Assembly: GCA_040005235.1 (NCBI GenBank)
Contig: JBDTZG010000042.1
Location: forward strand, 1 to 50,123
Length of the DNA: 50,123 bases
Direction: 5' to 3'
Source: Acidobacteriota bacterium
GTDB lineage: Bacteria; Acidobacteriota; Thermoanaerobaculia; Multivoradales; UBA5704
Shown here: positions 34,915 through 44,074 of the stretch, piece by piece
How the letters are laid out: every line of letters starts with the position of its first letter
Numbering within the stretch: position 1 is the first letter of the stretch
Notes under the pieces: generated by a model
Seen by the model: the letters and a program-made list of their open reading frames with translations, nothing else
The model's database searches: none
Told to the model about the DNA's origin: nothing
Program-made: the position numbers and the translations under genes

Positions 34915-37389
34915 GTGCTAATCTGCGCGGGACATCGCGATCATGCGCCGAAGCTGAACCGCGAGGCGCGAGCCTTCCCGGTACTTCGGCTCGGGGAGGC
35001 GGAGATCGACACCTCGGAACACCCGGAAGTCATCGCTCCGTACGGCCTCGGGCTCCCTTCCATCGAGGTGCTCGACGTCAAAAAGCGCGCGTGGGCGCGC
35101 TTCCGTGAGATTCCCGGCGTTCATGCGGTGGGCATCGGGTGCCGAACCGTCGCCGGGACGCGGACGGACGAACCGGCGATCGTCGTGTTCGTTTCCCGAA
35201 AGAAGCCGCTCCACGAGCTGGCAGGCGCGGACGTGGTGCCGCCCCTCGTCGAAGGCGTCGCGACGGACGTGGTCGAGATGCGGCCTCCGTGGCTGATGCA
35301 AGGGCCCTCGATCCAGGTGAACCCCACGGCTCTCGGGGGGCCGGGCGGCGGATCGAGCTTCGTCCTCTCGGGCACGGATCCCGTCGCCACCGGATTGATC
35401 GTGGTCGTGACCGTGACCACGACGCCGGCCAATCCGGCGCAAAAGATTCAGAGCTTCTTTCAGTCCGCCGTCACCAACGGCAGCTCGAACCTCGCCGAGA
35501 TCGCGACCGCCCTCGCCCGTTTCCCTTCGCATCGACCGGTGACGGCAACATCGTCTGGAAACACGCTTCAGGTCGTCGGCAGCGCGGGCAACACGGCCGC
35601 CGTGCACTGTTATGTGCTGACGCGGGATTCCGGTCTTTACCCCGAGCTTCGCGGCGGCATTCAACTGGGCGGCCCGAAAGGGGAGGTCGGCACGCTGGGG
35701 TGCCTCGCGACGACCGGCGCGGGTGACGTCGTTGCGCTGACCAACGAACATAACGTCTGGGATCCGGGCTATTTCTTTCCTCATCTCGCGGTCGACGCGA
35801 CGCTCTCGACGATCACGATCCAGGAGTTTGCGACACCCCGCCCCGGCCGACCCCATTCTCTCGTCGTCGCTCGGTTCATCCTGCGCAACCAGCCGGAGAC
35901 GATGGCGCTCTACTCGACGACCGAAACGGATACCGTTCAAACCATCGTGGCCGGCTTGATCACGGCGATCAATCAATCGGCCGCCAGCCTCGGCGTGCAG
36001 GCGAAGCCCGGCTCGTCGAGCCCCACGAAAGCGACCCTCACGCTCACCGGGCCGATCCAGCCGGACGACGTCGTGCTGTGCGAAATGTACGGACCTGTCG
36101 AGCCGGATCCGGACGCCCGTCTGCTCGTGCGGACCGTGCCGAGCCCGTCGGGGATTACGCTGACGTTTTCGGGCACTTTGACGCGGCGGAAGCGCTACGG
36201 CATCTTCGTGCGCCTGAGCCGGGGCGGCTCCCTACCTTCTCTCGGCACGTTCGTCGATCCGACCGGCAAGAGCCTCGATCAAATCGCGATCGACGTCGCC
36301 GCCGCTCTCAACGTGATCGCACCTGGGAGCGCAAGCCGGAGCGGAGCGGCAGTCACGGTCCTTAACGCTCAGGAAGTCGAGTGCGTGATCGAGCCCGATA
36401 CCCGCGTCGGTCATCCGACGGCTTTCTTCCTTGGGGACCTACCGTTCCCTTGCTCGCAGCGGATCGGCCGCGTGATCGACGCCCGGTTGGAGATCGACGT
36501 CGCGCTCGTCCGCCTCGATCCCGGCATGCGATACCTACCGCGCATCGAAGGAATCGGCGCGGTCGATGGGGTCGTCCCGAAGAGCCTGCTGGCACCCGGG
36601 CTCGCCGTTCAGAAGAGGGGTGCGGCCTCCGGGATCACCACGGGCCGCATCGCGGCCACGGCGACGGAAGGCGTGATCTTCTCCTCCCGGCATGCGGGCG
36701 CAAACAGCCTGCGGCGCTACTACACGAACGCGATGGTCATCGAGTCGACGACGCGCGACAGCCCCACGAGCCCTGTCCGGCCGTTCCTCGTCGGTGGCGA
36801 CTCGGGGGCCGCCGTGGTGACGACGGAGACGGGTCGGGTTCGCGTCGTCGGCTTGCTGTTCGGAGGAGACGAGGGGACGGCCGGGCTCGCATCGCCGATC
36901 GACGAGATCGTCAACGCGTTCGCGACGACCCATCAGCTCTCGTTCGACCTCGCACCGGGTCAGGATCCAAACGCCGTCCGAACGGTGCCGGCGGTGTCGG
37001 GCGCGGCTCCGCCCATCCCCCGGCAAGCTCTGCGGCAACCCGCCTTCGGCCTGCCGGAGGTCGCGGACATGATCCGTCGGCATTTCGCCGAGGGGAGAGC
37101 CCTCGTCGCCGATCATCGCCGCGCGGCGGCCATCTGGCGGAACAGCGGCGGGCCGGAGATCCTGGCCGCCCTGTTGGCGCCGCTCGACCGCCTGGATCGG
37201 CCCCTGCCGAGCGCGATCGACGGCCGACCGTTCGCGGACTGCCTCGCGCGCATTCAGCGCGCGTTCCTTCGCTATGCGAGCCCGGAGTTTTCGCGCGACT
37301 TGATCCGCTGCGTGCCGCGGATCGCGTGCGAGTCCGGTCTGACCGACTCGGAGCTGCTCGAAATCTTTCGAGCCGCACCCGCGGACTAG
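34915..37389 (+). CDS. Trypsin-fold serine protease with Nal1-like N-terminal domain and inserted repeat domains
   Basis: PGVHAVGIG...EPAIVVFVSRKKP...VATDVVE (Nal1-N-like); GTLGCL, LTNEH (His), IDVALV (Asp), VQKRGAASGITTGRI, GGDSGA (Ser), VVGLLFGG; start codon uncertain. Confidence 0.85.
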   Translation: MLICAGHRDHAPKLNREARAFPVLRLGEAEIDTSEHPEVIAPYGLGLPSIEVLDVKKRAWARFREIPGVHAVGIGCRTVAGTRTDEPAIVVFVSRKKPLHELAGADVVPPLVEGVATDVVEMRPPWLMQGPSIQVNPTALGGPGGGSSFVLSGTDPVATGLIVVVTVTTTPANPAQKIQSFFQSAVTNGSSNLAEIATALARFPSHRPVTATSSGNTLQVVGSAGNTAAVHCYVLTRDSGLYPELRGGIQLGGPKGEVGTLGCLATTGAGDVVALTNEHNVWDPGYFFPHLAVDATLSTITIQEFATPRPGRPHSLVVARFILRNQPETMALYSTTETDTVQTIVAGLITAINQSAASLGVQAKPGSSSPTKATLTLTGPIQPDDVVLCEMYGPVEPDPDARLLVRTVPSPSGITLTFSGTLTRRKRYGIFVRLSRGGSLPSLGTFVDPTGKSLDQIAIDVAAALNVIAPGSASRSGAAVTVLNAQEVECVIEPDTRVGHPTAFFLGDLPFPCSQRIGRVIDARLEIDVALVRLDPGMRYLPRIEGIGAVDGVVPKSLLAPGLAVQKRGAASGITTGRIAATATEGVIFSSRHAGANSLRRYYTNAMVIESTTRDSPTSPVRPFLVGGDSGAAVVTTETGRVRVVGLLFGGDEGTAGLASPIDEIVNAFATTHQLSFDLAPGQDPNAVRTVPAVSGAAPPIPRQALRQPAFGLPEVADMIRRHFAEGRALVADHRRAAAIWRNSGGPEILAALLAPLDRLDRPLPSAIDGRPFADCLARIQRAFLRYASPEFSRDLIRCVPRIACESGLTDSELLEIFRAAPAD

Positions 37390-37394
37390 CCGCC

Positions 37395-40300
37395 ATGCCG
37401 AGCCGACCGAGCACGTTCGAAGCGCTGGCGCAGCAGATCGGCTCCGCGTTGGAACCGCTCCACATTCGGCTCGCGCCCGAAAACGTGCTCGCGTTCCTCG
37501 CGGAGCTCGGGCTCCGATTCCCGCCGGACCTCCTGCAGCCGGCGTTCGTCGCGAAGTTGAACGTCGGGTCCGGGGCGGCTGGGGCGCTCGGCAATACGCT
37601 CCAGCAGCTCGCGGCGAGCCTCGCCGCAGGCAACAGCGTGGGCGTCGCCTCGAACGTCGCTCAGCTCGGCCAGGAGGTTCGAAGCCTCCTCGCGGCGCTC
37701 CCGGCGATCGGGACCGAGCTGGTCAACCGTGCCAGCTCGCTGCCGGGCATGAACGCGGCCGAGGTCACGAGCTTCGGACAACAACTTCCCGCGAGCATTC
37801 TCGGTCATGCGCTGATCTCTCACCTCGAAGAGGTCCAGCCCTGGATCGTGGGCGTCGCGAACCTTCTCGGCGTCGTCACCGTGCGCTCGGACGATGGCGA
37901 TCCGCGGGACCCCGCGCATCCGGCGCACACCGTCCGAAAGCTGCAACTCTCGAAGCTCGGCGAGGCTCTGACCGCGCCGGCCGCACGGCTGAGGGCGCTA
38001 TATCAATGGGGCGATCCGGGCTTCGACGGCACGAAGCTGATTCCGGCCCTCGGCACGTCATTGACTCTCTTGGGCATAAACGCCGAGATTCCGCATCCCG
38101 AGCCTCCCGATTCGTTGCGGTCCGGCTTCTTCAGCCTCAAGGCGAACACCAGTCCGCCCGGCCTCTCGGCGTCGCTGCACTACGACCTGCCTGCCGGACT
38201 CGACATCACCCTTCCGCTCGGCGGGTCGTGGTCGATCCGCGGGCAGGTGCAGGGTGACTTCAAGGCCGGTCTCGACGCGTCGATCGTGGCTCCCGCGAAG
38301 GTCTCCATGAAACCCGCCGCCGGCACCCTCTCGGGGTCGCTTGAGGTCGACCTCGTGGCGAAGGGGCCGGACCCGAATCACCCCCTCATCCTCCTCGGCG
38401 AAGCCGGCGGCAGCCGCCTGCAGACGGATTCCGTCACGCTCGGCGCCGGACTGGCGGTTCACTGGAACGCCGCCGCCGGCTCGGCCACCGGCGAGCCGTT
38501 GATCCAGATGGAGGTCCGCGGCGGCAAGGCCGTCATCGACACCTCGAACGCCGACGGCTTCATCGCGAAGATCCTCGGCGGTTTTCCGCTCGAATGCGAC
38601 TTCGACTTCGGCGCCACCTATTCGATCGGGGAGGGGTTGCGTTTCCGGGGCAGCGGCACCCTCGACATCCAGCTCGTCCAGCACCTCACGCTGGGGCCGG
38701 TGGCGGTCGACAACCTGACCCTTTCGCTCGGCATCAAGGGCGATGCCTTTCCGCTCGCCGTCACGGCCGATCTCGAAACCTCCCTCGGCCCCTTGACCGC
38801 CGTGGTCCAGGGCTTGGGCTTTGAGGTCGCGATCGCGCTCCGGTCGGACAACTCGGGCAATCTCGGGCCGGTCGACATTCATCCCGGATTCCGCTCGCCG
38901 ACCGGCGTCGGCCTCTCGGTCGATGCGGGCGGCTTCAAAGGCGGCGGCTTTCTGTCGATCGATACCGCAAAAGGGGAATACGCCGGCGGTCTGGAGCTCG
39001 ACTTCCTGGGCATCGTCACGGTCAAGGCGTTCGGGCTCCTGAACACGAAGTTCCCCGACGGCCATCGCGGGTTCGCGCTCGTGATCATCATCTCCGCCGA
39101 GTTCCCGCCGATCCAGCTCGGGTTCGGCTTCACGCTGGTGGGCGTGGGCGGGCTGCTCGGCCTCAGCCGGACCGTGGACACGGACGCGATGCGCGACGGC
39201 ATCCATCAGGGCGCGCTCGACAGCGTGCTCTTCCCGCGCGACGTCGTCGCCAACGCGCCGCGCATCGTCAACGACCTGCGCCGGCTGTTCCCGCCGTTCG
39301 AGGGGCATTTCCTGGTCGGTCCGATGGTCAAGTTCGGCTGGGGGACGCCGACCATCCTCAGCCTCGAATTCGGGCTGATCCTGGAGATTCCCCGGCCCGC
39401 CTTCGTGATGATCGGCCGGCTGCGCGCCGGGCTGCCGTTCCAGGCCCTGCCGCTGTTCGACATTCGCCTGACGTTCGCGGGCGGCGTCGATTTCGCGGCC
39501 GGCCAGCTCTGGTTCGACGCCACTCTCCACGACTCGCGGCTCCTCACCTTCGCGCTCACCGGCGACATGGCGGTGCGCCTCTATTGGAAAGAGAACGCCA
39601 ACTTCATCCTCACCGTCGGCGGCTTCCATCCGTCCTACGTCCCGCCGCCGATGGGGCTCGGCTCGCTCCAACGCTTAGGCATTACGATCTTCGAGGGCCA
39701 GCCGCGGCTCCGTGCGGAGACCTATTTCGCGATCACCTCGAACACCGTGCAGTTCGGCGCGAAAGCGGAGCTGATGTACGGGATCGACATCTTCAACATC
39801 TTCGGCTTCATCGCCTTCGACGTCCTGATCCAGTTCGACCCGTTCCGCTTCGTGGCCGAGCTGACGGCGATGCTGGGGGTGCGCACCGGTTCCCACGTGT
39901 TGATGGGCATCCGGATCGACGCACTGGTCGAAGGGCCGAAACCCTGGCACGCCAAAGGCACCGGCCATTTCGAGATCAGCCTGATCATCTCGATCGAATT
40001 CGACGTCGACTTCGAAGTGAGTTTCGGCGATGAGGCGCACGAGTCGCTGCCGAAGGTCGACGTGCTGCCGCAGCTGGCGGCGGCCTTGGCCGAACCGAAC
40101 AACTGGCGAGCGGTCACCCCGGCGGGAACCAACGTCCAGGTCACCCTGCGAGAGTGGAAGACCGAGCCGGGCACGGTGATCCTCCATCCGTTCGGCTCGT
40201 TGGAGGTGACCGAAAAGCTCGTGCCGCTAAACCTGCCCGTCGATAAGCTCGGCACGCAGCACATCGGCGACGGCCGCGTGTTCGGCGTCGAGCAGGTGTT

Positions 40301-40814
40301 GTTGGGCAAGGCGCCGGGCCAGATCGCCCCGCTCCGAGAGCAGTTCGCTCCCGCGCAGTTCATCGAGATGAGCGACGCCCAAAAGCTCTCCAGCCACTCC
40401 TTCGAGCGGTACGAGGCGGGCGTCCAAGTGGGCGGCGGCGACGCCGTGAACGCCACCTACGTCAAGCACCTCCTCCTCGAATACGAGGTCGTCTACATCC
40501 CCGAGCATAGGAAGCGGATCACCTTCAAGCTCGCGCAGGCGATCTTCAACGTGTTCCGCGGCAGCGGCGCCGTGGGGCAGTCGCCGCTGTCGGCGGCGCA
40601 GACGGCGCCCTCCGTCCTCGGCGCGCCGCGGGCGCAGGTCGTAGGCGAACAGTTCGCGGTGGCTTCGACGGTAGACCTCACGCTCCATGGCGAACGGATG
40701 GTCTTCCTCTCCGAGGCGGAGGCGCGCGCCGCGATGCGCGACGCCATCGATCGCGATCCCTCGCTGACCCACATGCTCCAGGTGATTCCGTCTACCCTCG
40801 TGAGGGCCGCATGA
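37395..40814 (+). CDS. DUF6603-like large beta-rich protein, 1139 aa
   Basis: Start placed at ATG 37395, 5 nt after the protease stop; GVGLSVDAGGFKGGGFL...YAGGLEL...PIQLGFGFTLVGVGGLLG and VGGFHP...YFAITSNTVQFG motifs recognised from DUF6603 proteins. Confidence 0.8.
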   Translation: MPSRPSTFEALAQQIGSALEPLHIRLAPENVLAFLAELGLRFPPDLLQPAFVAKLNVGSGAAGALGNTLQQLAASLAAGNSVGVASNVAQLGQEVRSLLAALPAIGTELVNRASSLPGMNAAEVTSFGQQLPASILGHALISHLEEVQPWIVGVANLLGVVTVRSDDGDPRDPAHPAHTVRKLQLSKLGEALTAPAARLRALYQWGDPGFDGTKLIPALGTSLTLLGINAEIPHPEPPDSLRSGFFSLKANTSPPGLSASLHYDLPAGLDITLPLGGSWSIRGQVQGDFKAGLDASIVAPAKVSMKPAAGTLSGSLEVDLVAKGPDPNHPLILLGEAGGSRLQTDSVTLGAGLAVHWNAAAGSATGEPLIQMEVRGGKAVIDTSNADGFIAKILGGFPLECDFDFGATYSIGEGLRFRGSGTLDIQLVQHLTLGPVAVDNLTLSLGIKGDAFPLAVTADLETSLGPLTAVVQGLGFEVAIALRSDNSGNLGPVDIHPGFRSPTGVGLSVDAGGFKGGGFLSIDTAKGEYAGGLELDFLGIVTVKAFGLLNTKFPDGHRGFALVIIISAEFPPIQLGFGFTLVGVGGLLGLSRTVDTDAMRDGIHQGALDSVLFPRDVVANAPRIVNDLRRLFPPFEGHFLVGPMVKFGWGTPTILSLEFGLILEIPRPAFVMIGRLRAGLPFQALPLFDIRLTFAGGVDFAAGQLWFDATLHDSRLLTFALTGDMAVRLYWKENANFILTVGGFHPSYVPPPMGLGSLQRLGITIFEGQPRLRAETYFAITSNTVQFGAKAELMYGIDIFNIFGFIAFDVLIQFDPFRFVAELTAMLGVRTGSHVLMGIRIDALVEGPKPWHAKGTGHFEISLIISIEFDVDFEVSFGDEAHESLPKVDVLPQLAAALAEPNNWRAVTPAGTNVQVTLREWKTEPGTVILHPFGSLEVTEKLVPLNLPVDKLGTQHIGDGRVFGVEQVLLGKAPGQIAPLREQFAPAQFIEMSDAQKLSSHSFERYEAGVQVGGGDAVNATYVKHLLLEYEVVYIPEHRKRITFKLAQAIFNVFRGSGAVGQSPLSAAQTAPSVLGAPRAQVVGEQFAVASTVDLTLHGERMVFLSEAEARAAMRDAIDRDPSLTHMLQVIPSTLVRAA

Positions 40815-43800
40815 GCTTCGGCACGTACTCGTTTCTGCCCTGGCTGCGGCGCGGCATCGCGAACCAGCTGGAGCAGCCCGCCGCGACGGCGAGCCGCGCG
40901 GAGCTGTCGGTCACGGTGCGCGTCCGCTCGGACGTCACGACGCTCGACCTCGCGCCCAAAAAGGTCCAACTGATCGGACCGGGCGACATTCTCGGCGTCA
41001 ACGCGCAGATGACCCTTCGGACCGAGCCGCGCCACGGGGTCGCGACGTTCGAGCCGAACTATCTCGCCTACGTCGATTTCTACGACGAGGACTTCGCCTG
41101 GCGCTATACGCCCGACCTCCCCGACCTCGCCCGGCACCGGCTCACCCCTTGGATCACCCTGCTGGTGTTGAAAGACGACGAGCTGACGGCGCTCAAAAAG
41201 CGGCCGCTGCCGGCGATCGAGCTGACGGCCGCCGCCCACCTCGAAGAGATCCTTCCTCCGGCGGACCAACTGTGGGCCTGGGCGCACGTGCATCTGAACG
41301 AGCCCTTGGGCAACGACGGCGCGCCGAACCTCGACCTCCTCGGCTCGCTGCTGCGGAAGAATCCCGACCTCGGGTACTGCCGCCTCCTCTCGCCGCGCCG
41401 GCTCGAACCCAACACCCGGTACCGCGCGTTCGTCATCCCGACGTTCGAGGTCGGCCGGCTGGCCGCCCTCGGCGAGCCGGTGCCCGACAACGTGCCCGGG
41501 CTGAAGATCGCCTGGGAGACCTCTCGCACCTTCCCGATCTATTACCAATGGGGGTTCGGCACCGGAGAGGCCGGCGACTTCGAGGATCTGGTGAAGGCTC
41601 TGGTTCCCCGCGACATCGACGAGCGCGTCGGCCTGCGGAAGATGGACGTGCAACAGCCCGGATTTCACCTGGCTCCGCCGACCGGGCAGCCGGGCAACGT
41701 CGTCGGTCTCGAAGGCGTTCTTCTCGCACCCACGACGAAGCACGTGCCGGTCGATCCCGCCTGCGACCTGCCCGAGACCCTCGCCGTCGAGGTCAACCGC
41801 CCGGCCGAGGCGGAGGCCACGGGCCTGCCCGCCCCTGTCCCCGGCCCCGCCCCAGACTCCGACACCGAAGACCCCCTGATCAGCATCCCGCTCTATGGCC
41901 GGTGGCACGCCCTGGTGAACCGCGTGCAGCCGTTTCCGGAGCACCGCGTCTGGATCGACGAGCTAAACACCGATCCGCGCTTTCGCGCCGTCGCGGGCAT
42001 GGGAACCAAGGTCATCCAGGCGAACCAGGAGAGCTACATGAAGCTCGCCTGGGAGCAGATCGGCGACGTCCTCGGCCTGAACCGCAAGATCGCGTTCCTG
42101 CAACTCGCCGTCAAAGCGAGCGACGCGCTGTACGCGAAGAGCCTCGTCTCCTTAGCGACCGAGAGCGCGCTCGCCATCGCGTCACCGGTGATGCGAAAAG
42201 TCCTGGGAAGCCCGGTGACCGTGCACACGCTGGTGCAGCAAAGCCGCCTTCCCCGCGCGGCGCTCTCCGGCGCGATGCGCAAGCAGCTGCGCCCGCGCGG
42301 GCAGTTGGCGCGGCGCGCGTTCGGAGGTGTGGAGGAAGCGGGAACGCCGCGAGGCAACCCGCAGCCGCTCGCGGCGATGATCGCGGGATTGAACGCGGGA
42401 ACGCTCACCGCCGCGCCGCCGCGGCCGGCGCCTGCCGGCGCGACATACGAGAGCACGCTTCAATCCGTCGCCGCGCGGTATTCCGACCGGCTCCGCTTCC
42501 TCGCGTCGAATCGCCTGGCGTTCCTCCTGCTCGCGCTCGCGCTGCTCGCACTTCTCGTTCTACTCGTCGCCGCGACCGCCGCAGCGCCCGTGGTGACGGT
42601 CCTCGCGCTCGCGGGCGCCGCTGCCTCGGCCATCGCCTACGGCAGGCTCGGACCGATTGCGAAGGCGATCGCGACCGTCGATGCGTTCCAGCCGCAGGCG
42701 CTCACCCCTGAGGCGATCGCGGCGTTGCCGGAAAACGACGCCTTCGTGCTGTCGGCGGCCAATTCGGAGGCACTGACGACACCCGCGGCGCCCGCGAGGT
42801 CTCCGACCGGCGGACCCGATTCAGTGCAAGGAGCGGCGTTCCGCCAAGCGGCGCTCCGGTTCAACGCTCTGCTCGCCGACCGTCCGGCGCCGCTCGTCGC
42901 CCGCGAGCCTCTGGCGCTCGCGTCCGTGCACGCGAAAATGATCCAGGCGTTGCAACCCGCGCCCGCGTTCGGCGCCCGCCACTCAGAAAGACTGTCGGTC
43001 GCGCGCGAACCGTTCTCTCACTACGTCGCCGGCTATCACGACGCCGTGCCCAAGCCCGCGGAGCCGCGCTTCGTTCCGGTGATGGCCTACCCGGACATCA
43101 AGCTCCCGATGTACCGGCCGCTCAAGGATCTCCAGAAGGACAACTTCGTCCCCAACCTCCACCTGGTGCCGCCGGACACGATCTCGCTCATGCTCACCAA
43201 CCCGCCGGTGATCGAGTCCTACATGGTCGGCCTCAACCACGAGTTCGCCCGCGAGCTGCTCTGGCGCGAGTACCCGACGGATCAGCGGCCCAGCACGTTC
43301 CGGCAGTTCTGGGACGCGTCGCACTACGTCCCCACCGAGAAGCTCTCCGCCGAAGAGCTGGCGGAGAAGATCCGCGACATCCGCCGCCTTCACGAATGGC
43401 CGGCCGAGACCCCCCTCGGCACGCACCTCAACCGCCAACCGGCGGACAGCCGGCCGCGCGTCGTCCTGGTCATTCGCGGCGAGCTGCTGAAGCGGTATCC
43501 CAACACCATCCTGTACGCCCAGAAGGCGCGCTGGGGAGGTCCGCCCGACCACCAGGACCACCTTCTGCTCTACGATCAGACCGGCGAGAAGGCGGACCCG
43601 CAGGTCGCCGATCCGAACTTCCGGTACCCGATGTTCCGCGCCCAGGTGGAGCCGGACCTCTATTTCGTCGGCTTCGACCTGCTGCTCGACGAGGTGCGCG
43701 GCGACCCGGCCCTCGAAGAGACCGCCGCGTCGCGCGCCCGCACCAACCCCGATCGCCTCGGCTGGTTCTTCGTCCTCCAAGAGGCCGTGGGCGAGCCGCG

Positions 43801-44068
43801 ATTCGGGCTCGACGAGCATGCCGTCACCTCGACCGACGACGCGAAGACGCCGAAGTGGGACAACTTGTCGTGGGAGAACCTGGGGCCTGCCGTGAAGATC
43901 ATCGACCTCGCGAAACCGTTCGCCAGCGAGCCGCCCCACCCCATGTTGACCGACGGAGCGAGCTGGAACAGCCATGCCGCCGACCTCGCCTTCATCCTCT
44001 ATCAGAAGCCCGTGCTGGTGGCGATCCACGCCCGGGACATGCTGAAAAATCTCAAGGCGCCAGCGTAG
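40811..44068 (+). CDS. Large hypothetical protein, 1085 aa, with internal hydrophobic hairpin
   Basis: ATGA overlap with the previous gene; YSFLPWLRRG N-terminus, AWEQIG, NHEFARELLWREYPTDQR, LVIRGELLKRYPN and GWFFVLQE...PRFGLD motifs. Confidence 0.88.
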   Translation: MSFGTYSFLPWLRRGIANQLEQPAATASRAELSVTVRVRSDVTTLDLAPKKVQLIGPGDILGVNAQMTLRTEPRHGVATFEPNYLAYVDFYDEDFAWRYTPDLPDLARHRLTPWITLLVLKDDELTALKKRPLPAIELTAAAHLEEILPPADQLWAWAHVHLNEPLGNDGAPNLDLLGSLLRKNPDLGYCRLLSPRRLEPNTRYRAFVIPTFEVGRLAALGEPVPDNVPGLKIAWETSRTFPIYYQWGFGTGEAGDFEDLVKALVPRDIDERVGLRKMDVQQPGFHLAPPTGQPGNVVGLEGVLLAPTTKHVPVDPACDLPETLAVEVNRPAEAEATGLPAPVPGPAPDSDTEDPLISIPLYGRWHALVNRVQPFPEHRVWIDELNTDPRFRAVAGMGTKVIQANQESYMKLAWEQIGDVLGLNRKIAFLQLAVKASDALYAKSLVSLATESALAIASPVMRKVLGSPVTVHTLVQQSRLPRAALSGAMRKQLRPRGQLARRAFGGVEEAGTPRGNPQPLAAMIAGLNAGTLTAAPPRPAPAGATYESTLQSVAARYSDRLRFLASNRLAFLLLALALLALLVLLVAATAAAPVVTVLALAGAAASAIAYGRLGPIAKAIATVDAFQPQALTPEAIAALPENDAFVLSAANSEALTTPAAPARSPTGGPDSVQGAAFRQAALRFNALLADRPAPLVAREPLALASVHAKMIQALQPAPAFGARHSERLSVAREPFSHYVAGYHDAVPKPAEPRFVPVMAYPDIKLPMYRPLKDLQKDNFVPNLHLVPPDTISLMLTNPPVIESYMVGLNHEFARELLWREYPTDQRPSTFRQFWDASHYVPTEKLSAEELAEKIRDIRRLHEWPAETPLGTHLNRQPADSRPRVVLVIRGELLKRYPNTILYAQKARWGGPPDHQDHLLLYDQTGEKADPQVADPNFRYPMFRAQVEPDLYFVGFDLLLDEVRGDPALEETAASRARTNPDRLGWFFVLQEAVGEPRFGLDEHAVTSTDDAKTPKWDNLSWENLGPAVKIIDLAKPFASEPPHPMLTDGASWNSHAADLAFILYQKPVLVAIHARDMLKNLKAPA

Positions 44069-44074
44069 AGGCCC

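Noticed and set aside
36381-37394. 338-aa N-terminal extension of the DUF6603-like ORF (1477-aa call)
   Set aside because: Arg-rich off-frame translation overlapping the protease gene; ATG 37395 fits operon spacing
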